Source of the DNA: an uncultured archaeon
GTDB lineage: Archaea; Asgardarchaeota; Thorarchaeia; Thorarchaeales; Thorarchaeaceae
NCBI GenBank assembly: GCA_964458565.1
Contig: CAYWJO010000026.1
Location: 1 to 47,853 of the forward strand
Length of the DNA stretch: 47,853 nucleotides
Direction: 5' to 3'
Part shown: piece by piece, positions 1-9,481 of the stretch
Numbering within the stretch: the first letter of the stretch is position 1
How the letters are laid out: each line of letters begins with the position of its first letter
Position numbers and translations under genes: made by a program
The notes under the pieces: generated by a model
What the model was told of the DNA's origin: nothing
What the model saw: the letters and a program-made list of their open reading frames with translations, nothing else
Database searches by the model: none

Positions 1-374
1 GGGGTGTCACCCTCTTTGCCACGTCGTTCCAGACGACTTCGGCTTAGACACGTCGGTGATTGTCGCGGCCGTCACACCACATCTCCCTTAACTCTTCGCC
101 AAGGGATTCGGTTTGGCCTATTCCCCGTTCGCTCGCTGTTACTAAGGGAATCACAGTTGTTTTCTCTTCCTGCCCGTACTAAGATGCTTCAGTTCCGAGC
201 GTTCCCACTCCAGATTTGACCCTGGAGCCATGCAGGGTATTAGCCTACATGAGGAAGTCCCATTAGGGCACCCGCGGATCAAAGACTTCATGCGTCTACC
301 CGCGGCATATCGCTGCTTGTCACGCCCTTCATCGGCTAGCCAACCTAGTTATCCACCAGCTACCGTGTAGCGAA
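1..374 (-). rRNA. rrl: 23S rRNA, 5' part (runs off the window start)
   Basis: Reverse complement reads ...GCTGGTGGATAACTAGGTTGGC...GATGAAGGGCGTG...GAACTGAAGCATCTTAGTAC...AGTAACAGCGAGCGAAC, which are conserved LSU domain I motifs of archaeal type. The 5' end position is approximate. Confidence 0.95.
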
Positions 375-693
375 ACGCAGACCTACTCATATGACCGGCA
401 CAGTATTACCTGTTGCTTGCATATTGCAATAACTGACTTTAATGTCAGCCAAGGAGTATAATTTGTGTATCTTTATTCTTGTTCAAATTGTGAACGCCAA
501 TGTCTTATTGTATGTCATCATTCCTTTGCAGTCTAGCACATCACTTCTAAACGGTGCACGGCACCGAAGCATATGCATCGACGGTCCTCCATCGAGAATG
601 ACACCTTGCAACCTTTGTCTGGTCCCGATGGGCTAAATGGACCACAGCGACACCTCTGTGGGTGTGCGCTCCGCCAGCCTTTTGTGCCGACGA

Positions 694-708
694 TTTAAAC
701 CTTGCTAT
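694..708 (-). promoter_or_regulatory. Putative BRE/TATA promoter of the 23S pre-rRNA
   Basis: Minus strand reads AGCAAGG-TTTAAA, followed by a GC-rich structured leader of about 300 nt before the mature 23S. Confidence 0.5.
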
Positions 709-947
709 GCGTCGAGATTCGCTAGAACAGCCGCAGCGACCTTTCCGTAGCCGCCGATTAATGCTTTCTCTACTCAACCCATTCGCGAAAATAAGGTTCT
801 CAATATTTCTAGATAAACCTTCCGCCACAGGCACCAAGAAACAAGAAGATTTTTTTATATTTATTAGAACACGTGTTCCAAAAATTTAGACCCCTGCTCC
901 GACAGAAATGTTAAGAAACCTCGAAAATGATTACACAGTGAGAAACA

Positions 948-1250
948 ATGAGAGAGATAGTTCTAGAAATCTATGAAGGTGAAAGGTGTTCACGTCATAA
1001 GTTGGGTGAAAAGTTCAACTGGCCACAGGATTCGGGCAAGATATGTACATGGTTGCTTGCTAGTGCCAATGCAATGATTCAGGTTTTACGAAATGATGGA
1101 ATACTTGGTTGGTCTTACGATGGAACACCATATGAGAAAATCATTAACAAAAATGGGATCTGTACAGAATTCGTGAGATGTCCAGATCCAACTGATGCGG
1201 GTGTGGTCCTGAAGATAACAGCCACTACCATAAATCGGGAGAAATCGTAA
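948..1250 (+). CDS. Hypothetical protein (100 aa)
   Basis: ATG ORF filling the space between the rRNA promoter and rph; no recognisable motif. Confidence 0.6.
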   Translation: MREIVLEIYEGERCSRHKLGEKFNWPQDSGKICTWLLASANAMIQVLRNDGILGWSYDGTPYEKIINKNGICTEFVRCPDPTDAGVVLKITATTINREKS

Positions 1251-1262
1251 AACCAAGAGTTG

Positions 1263-1970
1263 CTACGGGTGTTGTAGAATCTTCCTTTGTAGGTCTATTA
1301 GCTCCGCAATACCTTTCTGAGCAAGATCGAGCATCTGATTCAGTTCATCCCGACCGAAGGATTGACCTTCAGCAGTTCCCTGAACTTCGATGAAGGATTC
1401 ATCTCTCATCACTATATTCATGTCAACATCTGCTGTTGAATCCTCTATGTAGCACAAATCCAGAATGGGAGTGGCATTTACTAATCCAATACTTACTGCT
1501 GCTACATTACCTAGGAGTGGCATTTCAGTAAGCAAATCCATATCGATCATAAATTGTAAGGCATCGACAAGTGCAACATACCCCCCTGTAATTGATGCTG
1601 TTCTTGTACCCCCATCCGCTTGAATAACATCACAGTCAAGTTTGATTGTATAGTCACCAAGGCGCGTCATGTCCACAGCCGCTCGGAGTGATCGACCTAT
1701 AAGCCGTTGTATTTCTTGAGTTCGTCCACTCTGTTTATAGCGGTTTGTGCGCTCATCTGTAGCACGAGGGAGCATGCCATATTCGGAGGTGATCCAGCCT
1801 TGGCCCTTGCCATTTAACCAACCAGGAACTCCTTCTTCAACCGTGGCAGTGCAAATTACTCGGGTTTCGCCAGTTGAGACTAGAACAGAGCCTTCAGGAT
1901 GTTTGAGAAAATTCCTGATGAATTCCACAGGTCTCAGTTCATCATTGGCTCTACCATCGGTTCTTGTCAT
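1263..1970 (-). CDS. rph: Ribonuclease PH (bacterial type)
   Basis: Motifs [64 protein letters not shown]. Confidence 0.95.
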   Translation of the reverse strand: MTRTDGRANDELRPVEFIRNFLKHPEGSVLVSTGETRVICTATVEEGVPGWLNGKGQGWITSEYGMLPRATDERTNRYKQSGRTQEIQRLIGRSLRAAVDMTRLGDYTIKLDCDVIQADGGTRTASITGGYVALVDALQFMIDMDLLTEMPLLGNVAAVSIGLVNATPILDLCYIEDSTADVDMNIVMRDESFIEVQGTAEGQSFGRDELNQMLDLAQKGIAELIDLQRKILQHP

Positions 1971-2128
1971 ATTATCAACTCAATAAAACCCTGTTAGAAC
2001 GGGTATTAATTAGTGCCGAAAAGTGATTATTACTAGAGATATTAGAAGCTAGATAGCTTTATTGATTACCAACATGTAATTGGGGATGTCACGCTAAGTT
2101 AGGTTTATCCAATTGGAGTAGATAAAGC

Positions 2129-3151
2129 ATGGTCGATATCCGTCAACGATTCATTACCGCATTGAAAGACACTGCGGAGGAATGGAAAACTAGAGAGAAT
2201 GTAATAGGTATGTTCGTTCATGGATCTTATGTAAAAGGAACCATCACAGCCAATTCGGACCTTGACATCTGTATCATTTGGGAAGCACAGGAAGCTCCAG
2301 CCCCCCTACTAACTGAACACAAAGGGGTACGTGTTGACATGGTATTTCTCACACCTTCAGAGATTGAAGATGTGATTGAGGAAAGAACTGAGGATGATAT
2401 GAAGATAGCAAGTGTCATAGTACGATTGAGAAATGCTGAAGTTGTACACGACACTGAGGAGATTCTCAGAAAATGGCGTGAACGCGCTATGACCTATGTA
2501 TGGCCAGAACCAGTCATCGCGAATGTCAAACAGAGAGCACTGGATGCTCTTCAAACAGCTACAGAATATAACGATGGCTTCAACACAATTGCTGCAAGTC
2601 ATGAGGTTCGTCGGGCACTCTATGAAATTGGCAGGATAATTCTGATGAGACATAACCTATTCGATATCTTGCAGCCATCAGAAATCTTGACCGAGGTAAG
2701 ATTACTTGATACGATGACATATCAGTTGTTCCTTCGAACTTTCAAGCTAAAAGGTATGAATGAAGAACGTCTTTTGGAAATTCTTTCAGACGTCGACCAT
2801 TGGTTAAAGGTAGCAGAAGAACGCTTTGGAGAAGGAGTTGCTCATGACAGTGCGGTCTTTCTTCTAAATCAGGCACAGAGAGACTATCATAGTGCACTCA
2901 GTTTAACATACAATGGTGAGTTCGAACTAGCCGCTTTGGAAATGAGACGCTCTATTGATATGATTGGAGCGTCAATATTAGCGCTGAGGGGTAGTCCCAA
3001 TATAGACCCAGTTACATTCATTCCTGAACTCCGTGATGCAGAAAGCAAGTTCTTCAATGATATGTTTTTGGAGCATGGAGCGTTCGAGTTTCAACCTAAG
3101 GGAATACAGAGAAGTATTGGAGAGGCAAGATTTATAGCTGACAGACTCTGA
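2129..3151 (+). CDS. Pol-beta-superfamily minimal nucleotidyltransferase fused to two HEPN-like helical domains
   Basis: GS-x8-DLD motif (HGSYVKGTITANSDLDI) plus a third Asp (RVDMVF). The C-terminal region has two similar helical repeats (AASHEVRRALYEIGRIIL / AALEMRRSIDMIGASIL). Confidence 0.75.
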   Translation: MVDIRQRFITALKDTAEEWKTRENVIGMFVHGSYVKGTITANSDLDICIIWEAQEAPAPLLTEHKGVRVDMVFLTPSEIEDVIEERTEDDMKIASVIVRLRNAEVVHDTEEILRKWRERAMTYVWPEPVIANVKQRALDALQTATEYNDGFNTIAASHEVRRALYEIGRIILMRHNLFDILQPSEILTEVRLLDTMTYQLFLRTFKLKGMNEERLLEILSDVDHWLKVAEERFGEGVAHDSAVFLLNQAQRDYHSALSLTYNGEFELAALEMRRSIDMIGASILALRGSPNIDPVTFIPELRDAESKFFNDMFLEHGAFEFQPKGIQRSIGEARFIADRL

Positions 3152-3220
3152 AGCTCAAAGCAATAGGACCTCTTGGGACATATTGATATGTATGATTAGC
3201 CTTCATTCTTTTGTTCAACA

Positions 3221-3934
3221 ATGCCGGATGTATCAGAAATACTATCGCTTCAATCTGTGGCTCTTACTCGCGATAAGCAAATAATGGTAGAGGAAGAGGT
3301 AAACAATTATCATGATGCCACCAACTTTGTAATTAGAGAAATATTGAAGAGAAGACTATCATCGACTGCGAGAACAATAGAATCCTTACAGGATGAAATT
3401 GCGAGAAAGTATCTTCATCTCAGAGGTTCAGTAGGACCATTGAGTCAATTGAAGGATAATCAACTAAGAGCTGAATTTGCAAGGAGATTTTCAATATCAA
3501 CGATTCAGAGTAGAGTTAGAATTGATAGAGACCCTTCTGAGACCGACGAGATGTTCAATATTAGACAACGCCGAGATTTTGGGATTATTTACGAAACACA
3601 ATATATCAGGGACGTTGTTAAAACAGCTAGAGTAGAAATAGGAAAACATAGCAGATTGGCACAAACACTTAGAAGCATTCGAGAGAGAAAACCTTACTTC
3701 AAACCAGGCAGGATTATCTATTCAAAACCAATTATTCAACTCTCGGATGATGCAAAAGCAGTTCTTCTTTTAACCGGAAAAGGTGATGAAGTACCTCTAG
3801 TGTTTGACAAACGAACAAGAAATGAATCCATTGATATACTGCAGGCCTTATTGGAGAAAAAGATGAAATACGAAAGAGTAAGGATCATATCGAATAGGGA
3901 GGGCTATCTTGACATTGTCTTTCGGATTCAATAG
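3221..3934 (+). CDS. TnpB/Cas12f N-terminal (WED/REC)-like protein lacking RuvC
   Basis: Pattern LT.DKQ...EEEVNNYHDATNFVI ... QYIRDVVKTA ... RKPYFK ... VLLLTGKG.EVPLVF ... KYERVRII...GYLDIVF matches archaeal IS200/IS605 TnpB N-halves by eye. The ORF ends where the RuvC-I GxD motif would begin. Confidence 0.6.
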   Translation: MPDVSEILSLQSVALTRDKQIMVEEEVNNYHDATNFVIREILKRRLSSTARTIESLQDEIARKYLHLRGSVGPLSQLKDNQLRAEFARRFSISTIQSRVRIDRDPSETDEMFNIRQRRDFGIIYETQYIRDVVKTARVEIGKHSRLAQTLRSIRERKPYFKPGRIIYSKPIIQLSDDAKAVLLLTGKGDEVPLVFDKRTRNESIDILQALLEKKMKYERVRIISNREGYLDIVFRIQ

Positions 3935-3945
3935 ATTTCTGATGA

Positions 3946-4836
3946 TTAATCAAGAGACCATGAAAGTAAGTTTCCGGAAAAATCCGCAGTGTAAAATTGC
4001 GTCCTCTTAGGATGCCAGCAAACTGCAGAAATTCCAGTTGGAAGTTGCACCTTAAGTTCCTCATGTCCTGAATCAAGTGACCAAATTCTTACTGTTCGGT
4101 CCCAGCTGCCAGAAAGAATCCTTTTACCTGAGGGTTCAAGCATCATCGAACTAACAATATCATTATGGATTTTGAATTCTCCGAGTTTACTACCATCTTC
4201 AAGACTGATTCTCATAATTTTCCCATCATGTAAGCCCATGAGAAAAGAGTTGTCAAGCAGTGGATGGACGGATCTGACTCTTACAGGTGGTCCTTTGATG
4301 TTCTCCACCCTTTCGTAATTACTAAGGTCCCAGATATTAGTTTCACCGGCCCATGATGTAGAAATTAATCTTGAACCATCTGTGGAGAAAAATAGACCTG
4401 AAACGTCACTATCATGAGCTTGGAGATTTCGAATACAAGTCATACTCTTTAATGAAAATACCTTCACCTCTCCATCTCGAGCGCCTGATGCACCCTTAGA
4501 ATTTTGGGGGTCTATGGCGAGGCTTTTCACCTCCGTGTTATGATTCATTATCTTCGGTTCACGTTGTTCTTTTCCTAGATACCAGAGACGAGTTGTGCAG
4601 TCCCAACTGGTAGAAACGAGTCTTCGTCCCTCACCAAGTAGCCTAACATCAGATATCAATCCTGTATGGCCCTGCAGTGTTTTTTTCGATCGACTTGTTG
4701 TCCCTGAGAATACGATCACATTTCCGTCCATTGTACCACAGGCCAATCGTCCTTTTGGATGGATAGTCATGCTAGTCAGTGTGGGAGGCTGTGCACCAAT
4801 GTGGCTGTATAGAACGCTTTTCTCCAAAGATGACAC
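3946..4836 (-). CDS. WD40-repeat beta-propeller protein
   Basis: About 7 repeats with GH/AH...S.SWD.T.R.W signatures. Confidence 0.92.
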   Translation of the reverse strand: MSSLEKSVLYSHIGAQPPTLTSMTIHPKGRLACGTMDGNVIVFSGTTSRSKKTLQGHTGLISDVRLLGEGRRLVSTSWDCTTRLWYLGKEQREPKIMNHNTEVKSLAIDPQNSKGASGARDGEVKVFSLKSMTCIRNLQAHDSDVSGLFFSTDGSRLISTSWAGETNIWDLSNYERVENIKGPPVRVRSVHPLLDNSFLMGLHDGKIMRISLEDGSKLGEFKIHNDIVSSMMLEPSGKRILSGSWDRTVRIWSLDSGHEELKVQLPTGISAVCWHPKRTQFYTADFSGNLLSWSLD

Positions 4837-4893
4837 CCAGAGTCAATTCTCATCATTATAAAGACACATCAGGTAAAAAAGGTAGGTAAGACA

Positions 4894-5898
4894 TTATTTT
4901 CGTCGGATGTATACAGCAATTGTGATGATGGCTACAACACCAAAAATGCCTATCAATGTGAGTTCTATTGGAAATACAAAGTTCGGCTCGTATTCACCGG
5001 TCCATCCTGTAGTATTTGTTATGAAGTATTCTAAAACACGACCAACGGATTCAAGACTATCAGGATTACACCGATCGGGAATATCATGAATTGTATGCCA
5101 AGTAGCTGGAAATGGGTCATGATGTATTATATCAAGAGAGGGGATGCCAACATTGAGAAAAGGATGATGATCATCTATGATGTATCCACCATTTGAGTCT
5201 TGGAAAATAGCATCATATCCAAGATGCGCTGCGATAGACCAGACTTCATTTTGTAAGTCACGCGTTGAGTATAACTCTCGTTGAAGACGAAGGTTTGTAT
5301 CGCCAACCATATCAACAAGAATCATCATGGTGATGTTAGCAATTATCTCGGGACTCATTTGGTCAACGTAGTAATTGGAACCTACTATCCACTGCCATCC
5401 ATTTATCGATCCGGAATCTTCTGCATCGAAAAATACAAGCTCAATCTTATTACGTATTTGTGTCGGTAATATCCGAGCCAATTCCATCAATACTGCAGTT
5501 CCACTTGCGCCATCATTTGCACCCATTACTGATTCATCCCGATTTTCAGGATTGGGATCGTGATCTGCTAAAGGTCTCGTGTCATAATGTGCCCCAAGGA
5601 TAATGGATACATTTTGGGAAACAGAATCATGAGCGACTATATTTGCACAATCTACATCCCGGTAGGTAAAGTTCTGCAGAATTACATCCCATCCAAAGGA
5701 ACGCAGTATATCGACAATATAACCTCTACATTGTGTCAAATTCTCAGAACCCGGAGGTCTTGTTCCAAAATCACATTGTGCCTCTAGGTATGAAAAAGCG
5801 GAATCTCCATCAAATTCTAATTCGGACGCCTGAAGTGATATGTTCGGTATAGAAATTATTGAATAAAGTATTAGAAGTACTAAGAGAGTGGTCCGCAT
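4894..5898 (-). CDS. M28 family peptidase / glutaminyl cyclase-like, secreted and membrane-anchored
   Basis: GAHYDTRP, GANDGASG, FFDAED, DMVGD, DDH.PF and WHT..D motifs; N-terminal signal peptide; C-terminal TM helix followed by RRK. Confidence 0.88.
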   Translation of the reverse strand: MRTTLLVLLILYSIISIPNISLQASELEFDGDSAFSYLEAQCDFGTRPPGSENLTQCRGYIVDILRSFGWDVILQNFTYRDVDCANIVAHDSVSQNVSIILGAHYDTRPLADHDPNPENRDESVMGANDGASGTAVLMELARILPTQIRNKIELVFFDAEDSGSINGWQWIVGSNYYVDQMSPEIIANITMMILVDMVGDTNLRLQRELYSTRDLQNEVWSIAAHLGYDAIFQDSNGGYIIDDHHPFLNVGIPSLDIIHHDPFPATWHTIHDIPDRCNPDSLESVGRVLEYFITNTTGWTGEYEPNFVFPIELTLIGIFGVVAIITIAVYIRRK

Positions 5899-5935
5899 TA
5901 GGTTTCAATCCAATTCAATGAGGATAATTGTCGCC

Positions 5936-7165
5936 CTAAGAAGCTTTGGCACTTGGATATAATCGTGATATTACCGCATGACGAATGATTTCGGGTATCT
6001 TCCCAGGTAATTTCCGAACAACGAGAGACGGAATGTCTGAGTACGTGATTTCACCTCTTGCAACCATTGCCATCAAATCGGATGCAATATCGATATGAGA
6101 TGCATTCGAAAGTAAGAATTCAGCAACACCTAAACCCCTGCTTCCAGCCCATGCACCCATTCCAAAGTTCCCTGCACATTCTTTTGCACATTCATGATGA
6201 TATTCTTCTAGAGTGTGTTCGTCATATCTTTCGTGGCTTATTGCGTCTTGTGCAGTTTTAGCAGAGATAACTCCAGACATCATGGCATAAGCAATTCCTT
6301 CGCCCATCATAGGATCAACCCAGCCTGCTGCATCACCAATTAACATCACGCGATATGTCACATTCTTGTTATAGAGTCCCCATCCTCCAAGAAAGTGTGT
6401 TCTTCTAGTTTCTGGAATAAGACTGATACCAAGTCGTTTTTCCAGATTCTTTGTAAAGGAATCGAACATTGGTCTGAGAGGTGTCATGTGTAGAGACCCT
6501 CCAGCTATACCAATGGCAAGGTGTTCACGTTTTGGAAAAATCCATCCATAAGCAAGACGTCCTTTAACAGGAAGCATATGGAGAATTGATGGATCTCCGT
6601 TTGTAGCCTGCAAAACACCATCTACTCCAACATGGAAATCGGCTTCCATGCCAAGCCCCACCTTCGATAGGTCTTTTCGAGGAGGGCGAAGGCCTAGTGA
6701 CCTACCAATTGTCGTGTTGACACCATCAGCCCCTATGAGTATTTTTCCTGAGAATTCTTGGTTTTTACTCGACTTTACAATAACTTGATCAGAATTGATA
6801 AGAACCTCCTTCACACGAGTAGATTCAATCAGCTCAGCACCCATACTCATTGCACGATGAGCTAGAAACTCATCAAATAATGATCTATGAACGGTAATAC
6901 CTATCATTCTGTCAGATTTGAACTTTGCATCTTTGCCGCTGGGAAACTCAAACCGGAGCCCATATACTCTCTGTTCGATTAGGTCCTTGGGTAGTTTCCC
7001 ATTAATAATCCGAAGCCCTCGATACATTACAGCTCCACCACAGGGCTTGTCCCTGGGTAGAGAATATTTTTCAAGAAGCAATGTTTTGAGACCTGATTTT
7101 GCGCATTCATATGCGGCTATCGACCCTGCAGGCCCAGCTCCAACTACAATTACGTCATAGGTCAA
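5936..7165 (-). CDS. Geranylgeranyl reductase family FAD oxidoreductase
   Basis: GAGPAG, KPCGG, GADG, YGWIFP and IGDAAG.VDP..GEGI motifs. Confidence 0.9.
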   Translation of the reverse strand: MTYDVIVVGAGPAGSIAAYECAKSGLKTLLLEKYSLPRDKPCGGAVMYRGLRIINGKLPKDLIEQRVYGLRFEFPSGKDAKFKSDRMIGITVHRSLFDEFLAHRAMSMGAELIESTRVKEVLINSDQVIVKSSKNQEFSGKILIGADGVNTTIGRSLGLRPPRKDLSKVGLGMEADFHVGVDGVLQATNGDPSILHMLPVKGRLAYGWIFPKREHLAIGIAGGSLHMTPLRPMFDSFTKNLEKRLGISLIPETRRTHFLGGWGLYNKNVTYRVMLIGDAAGWVDPMMGEGIAYAMMSGVISAKTAQDAISHERYDEHTLEEYHHECAKECAGNFGMGAWAGSRGLGVAEFLLSNASHIDIASDLMAMVARGEITYSDIPSLVVRKLPGKIPEIIRHAVISRLYPSAKAS

Positions 7166-7261
7166 GCAGATGCTCCTCCTCCTTTGTTCAAAGGATATTA
7201 TTGAACAATGGCGCTCCGGTTGTATTTACTTAATTTGTATATAGCCTTTATCTTGGATTTG

Positions 7262-7909
7262 TCAAATGTCTCTGCAATCTTCACAGCCAGCTCTTGGTCT
7301 GAGACCTAAGCGGCGCATGATTTTTCCACCAGGCATTTCTGTACCAGATTTATCAAGTTTTGCTTTGCCAATTGTAATTTCTCGGCGTCCAACTACTTCG
7401 AATCCATACGTAAGAATTAACTTCTGAGAGGGAATATTTTCCTCATAGACCTCGCAGTAAATCTCTTCTACACCTGCATCAATGAAGTATTCTGATGCTC
7501 GTTTAATAAGAGCAGTTGCGACCCCTTTTCTTCTTCGGGATGGCAGAACTCCTATTCCAGTTATCTCGCCATAGAAGGAATCCTCACTCTTCTCCTCGAA
7601 ACATGCGATGAATCCTGCAAGTTTGTCCCACATTTCAGCGACAAAGATTCCATCTAGTTCGAGATTTTCAGCCTCCTCTATGGAGAGAGGGCAAAATGGA
7701 TCAGGAGAGGCTAGAAAACAGCGATTATAGAGTTCTACAAACTCGGGAATTTCATGCCTCTGCAAGAAACGGACCTGAATATATGAAGGGATTTCCTTGT
7801 CATCCCAAGATTCCTCCACCAACTCTAATGCTGCATCAGTATTAGCCTTCATAATAAGATAGGCTCTAATCGATTCTTGTGTTTCAGCATCATATTCCCG
7901 ACTCACCAT
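7262..7909 (-). CDS. GNAT N-acetyltransferase with C-terminal CxxC
   Basis: GV.PSRRRKGVATAL acetyl-CoA motif; N..SQKL...YGF; ends CEDCRDI. Confidence 0.85.
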   Translation of the reverse strand: MVSREYDAETQESIRAYLIMKANTDAALELVEESWDDKEIPSYIQVRFLQRHEIPEFVELYNRCFLASPDPFCPLSIEEAENLELDGIFVAEMWDKLAGFIACFEEKSEDSFYGEITGIGVLPSRRRKGVATALIKRASEYFIDAGVEEIYCEVYEENIPSQKLILTYGFEVVGRREITIGKAKLDKSGTEMPGGKIMRRLGLRPRAGCEDCRDI

Positions 7910-7944
7910 TAGGAAGACCTCACATTATACGACTCAAGCTTGTG

Positions 7945-8709
7945 TCATCCATATATTCTATCAATAGAATTGACTGTTGCTTCGATTTCCTTCTCAATCG
8001 CTTCTACCAATAGTGGGTCCTGTTCTCCACTCTCTTCTGACTCATCGGTCTGCTCAACTTTCTGAGCACCGTGGAGGTTCCCATCACATCCAAGGATTGA
8101 TGCAGCATTTAATCCTCTTGTAGCCGCGAAGATGAATAAGAGTGAGCTTTCCATCTCTACACACTTCACGTTCGCACGAGTCCATACATCAAGGACTTCT
8201 TGCATACGTTTAAGATAGTAAACATCACTTGTCCAACAGATACCCTCATGAACTCTGTCAGGAGGTAATAATTTGAGAATTTCATCATGTAGTGTTATTT
8301 GCCACTCAGGAGTTGCAACTGCGGGAAATTCTATAGGCGCATAATTCAAACTGGTTCGTTCATCTCGAACACAGCCAGTTGGTACAATGACATCTCCAGT
8401 TTTTACATCAAGACTAATACCACCACAGGACCCAATTCGGATGAAAGTTTCAGCACCAAGTTTTGCAAACTCCTCTATACAGATGTGAGTTGAGGGAGTG
8501 CCAATTCCAGTTCCGGAAATTGTTACTGGTATTCCGCCCTTTGGCGTATAGGCACGATAGGTTACAAAACCTCGATGTCTTGCTACTTCCTCACCATCCT
8601 TAAACTTGGAGGCGATTATGGGAACACGATCAGGATTTCCTGCGATGAGCGTGACCTTCTCAACATCACCCTCACCTACTCGAAGATGGGGTTGCACTCT
8701 GCGTTTCAA
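7945..8709 (-). CDS. udp: Uridine/nucleoside phosphorylase (PNP/UDP family)
   Basis: GNPDRV, GIGTPS, IRIGSCG and VEMESS motifs. The likely start is TTG at 8709 after an SD GGTGG, not 8802. Confidence 0.88.
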   Translation of the reverse strand: MKRRVQPHLRVGEGDVEKVTLIAGNPDRVPIIASKFKDGEEVARHRGFVTYRAYTPKGGIPVTISGTGIGTPSTHICIEEFAKLGAETFIRIGSCGGISLDVKTGDVIVPTGCVRDERTSLNYAPIEFPAVATPEWQITLHDEILKLLPPDRVHEGICWTSDVYYLKRMQEVLDVWTRANVKCVEMESSLLFIFAATRGLNAASILGCDGNLHGAQKVEQTDESEESGEQDPLLVEAIEKEIEATVNSIDRIYG

Positions 8710-8746
8710 TGATTGCCACCAAAAATAGGCAGGTATTACCTGCTTT

Positions 8747-8989
8747 TCACTTTTGGGTCTCTGCTCTTGATAGTGCAAGATTCCATGATGCTTGGGATTC
8801 AACTGTTCCTTCTATCCTTTTTCTAACACAATCCAAACAAACCCAAGATCCATTGATGAGAAATGATTTACCGAAAGCAGGTGTCACTGTTTTGCAGTTA
8901 TCACATGCATTTGGCCGAGTTTCATAATTCTCTGAAAGATATACCATCAAGAGTGACATTAGTCTGGATTGAGATACTACTGTCTGCAT
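8747..8989 (-). CDS. Small zinc-finger protein
   Basis: Two CxxC pairs (CDNC...W.CLDC); same strand and just upstream of udp. Start uncertain. Confidence 0.6.
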   Translation of the reverse strand: MQTVVSQSRLMSLLMVYLSENYETRPNACDNCKTVTPAFGKSFLINGSWVCLDCVRKRIEGTVESQASWNLALSRAETQK

Positions 8990-9097
8990 GTCACTACACC
9001 AAAAATTACTGTTTATGGAGCCTTATTAGCTCCTAGCCAGTTTGATTCACGATAAATTCAAAACATCTTTAGCTGGCTTTTCTTGTAGTGTTTAAGG

Positions 9098-9481
9098 TTG
9101 GAATTAATCATGACAAATGTCGATTTTACATACTATTGCTATAGGTGTGGAGCGAAAAATGATTTACAGGTACCTGCTCCAAATGCACCCGACTATCATC
9201 ACCAAGAGATAACTTGTAGCTCCTGCAGTGATGGAACACATCTGCTCATAAGTCATTGTCCGAATTGTGAACGCTATGTATACTGGATAGATGATATGAG
9301 TATACCAAGTCTTGTTCAAGGTTTCTCCAAATACATGGTTCATCACATGCAGGTTATGATTGATCAAGCTGCACATCAGGGTGCTTCTATATCTGTGGAC
9401 ACTGCCGAAAAATTCCCAATTGTTGCAGCCTGTCCATGTGGTGAGCAATTTCAAGTTGAGATAGTCATAGAAGACCTATAA
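9098..9481 (+). CDS. Zinc-ribbon protein (CYRC, CSSC, CPNC, CPC)
   Basis: Four Cys pairs in 127 aa. Confidence 0.8.
   Translation: MELIMTNVDFTYYCYRCGAKNDLQVPAPNAPDYHHQEITCSSCSDGTHLLISHCPNCERYVYWIDDMSIPSLVQGFSKYMVHHMQVMIDQAAHQGASISVDTAEKFPIVAACPCGEQFQVEIVIEDL

Noticed and set aside
4-889. Short ORFs at 4-219, 442-636, 547-837 and 662-889
   Set aside because: They overlap the 23S rRNA and its leader/promoter; no protein motifs.
3221-3945. Active IS200/IS605 element
   Set aside because: No RuvC, no tnpA, and no terminal hairpins or flanking space recognised.
8710-8802. N-terminal extension of the nucleoside phosphorylase ORF
   Set aside because: It overlaps the upstream Zn-finger ORF. An SD plus TTG at 8709 matches the family N-terminus (QPHL).
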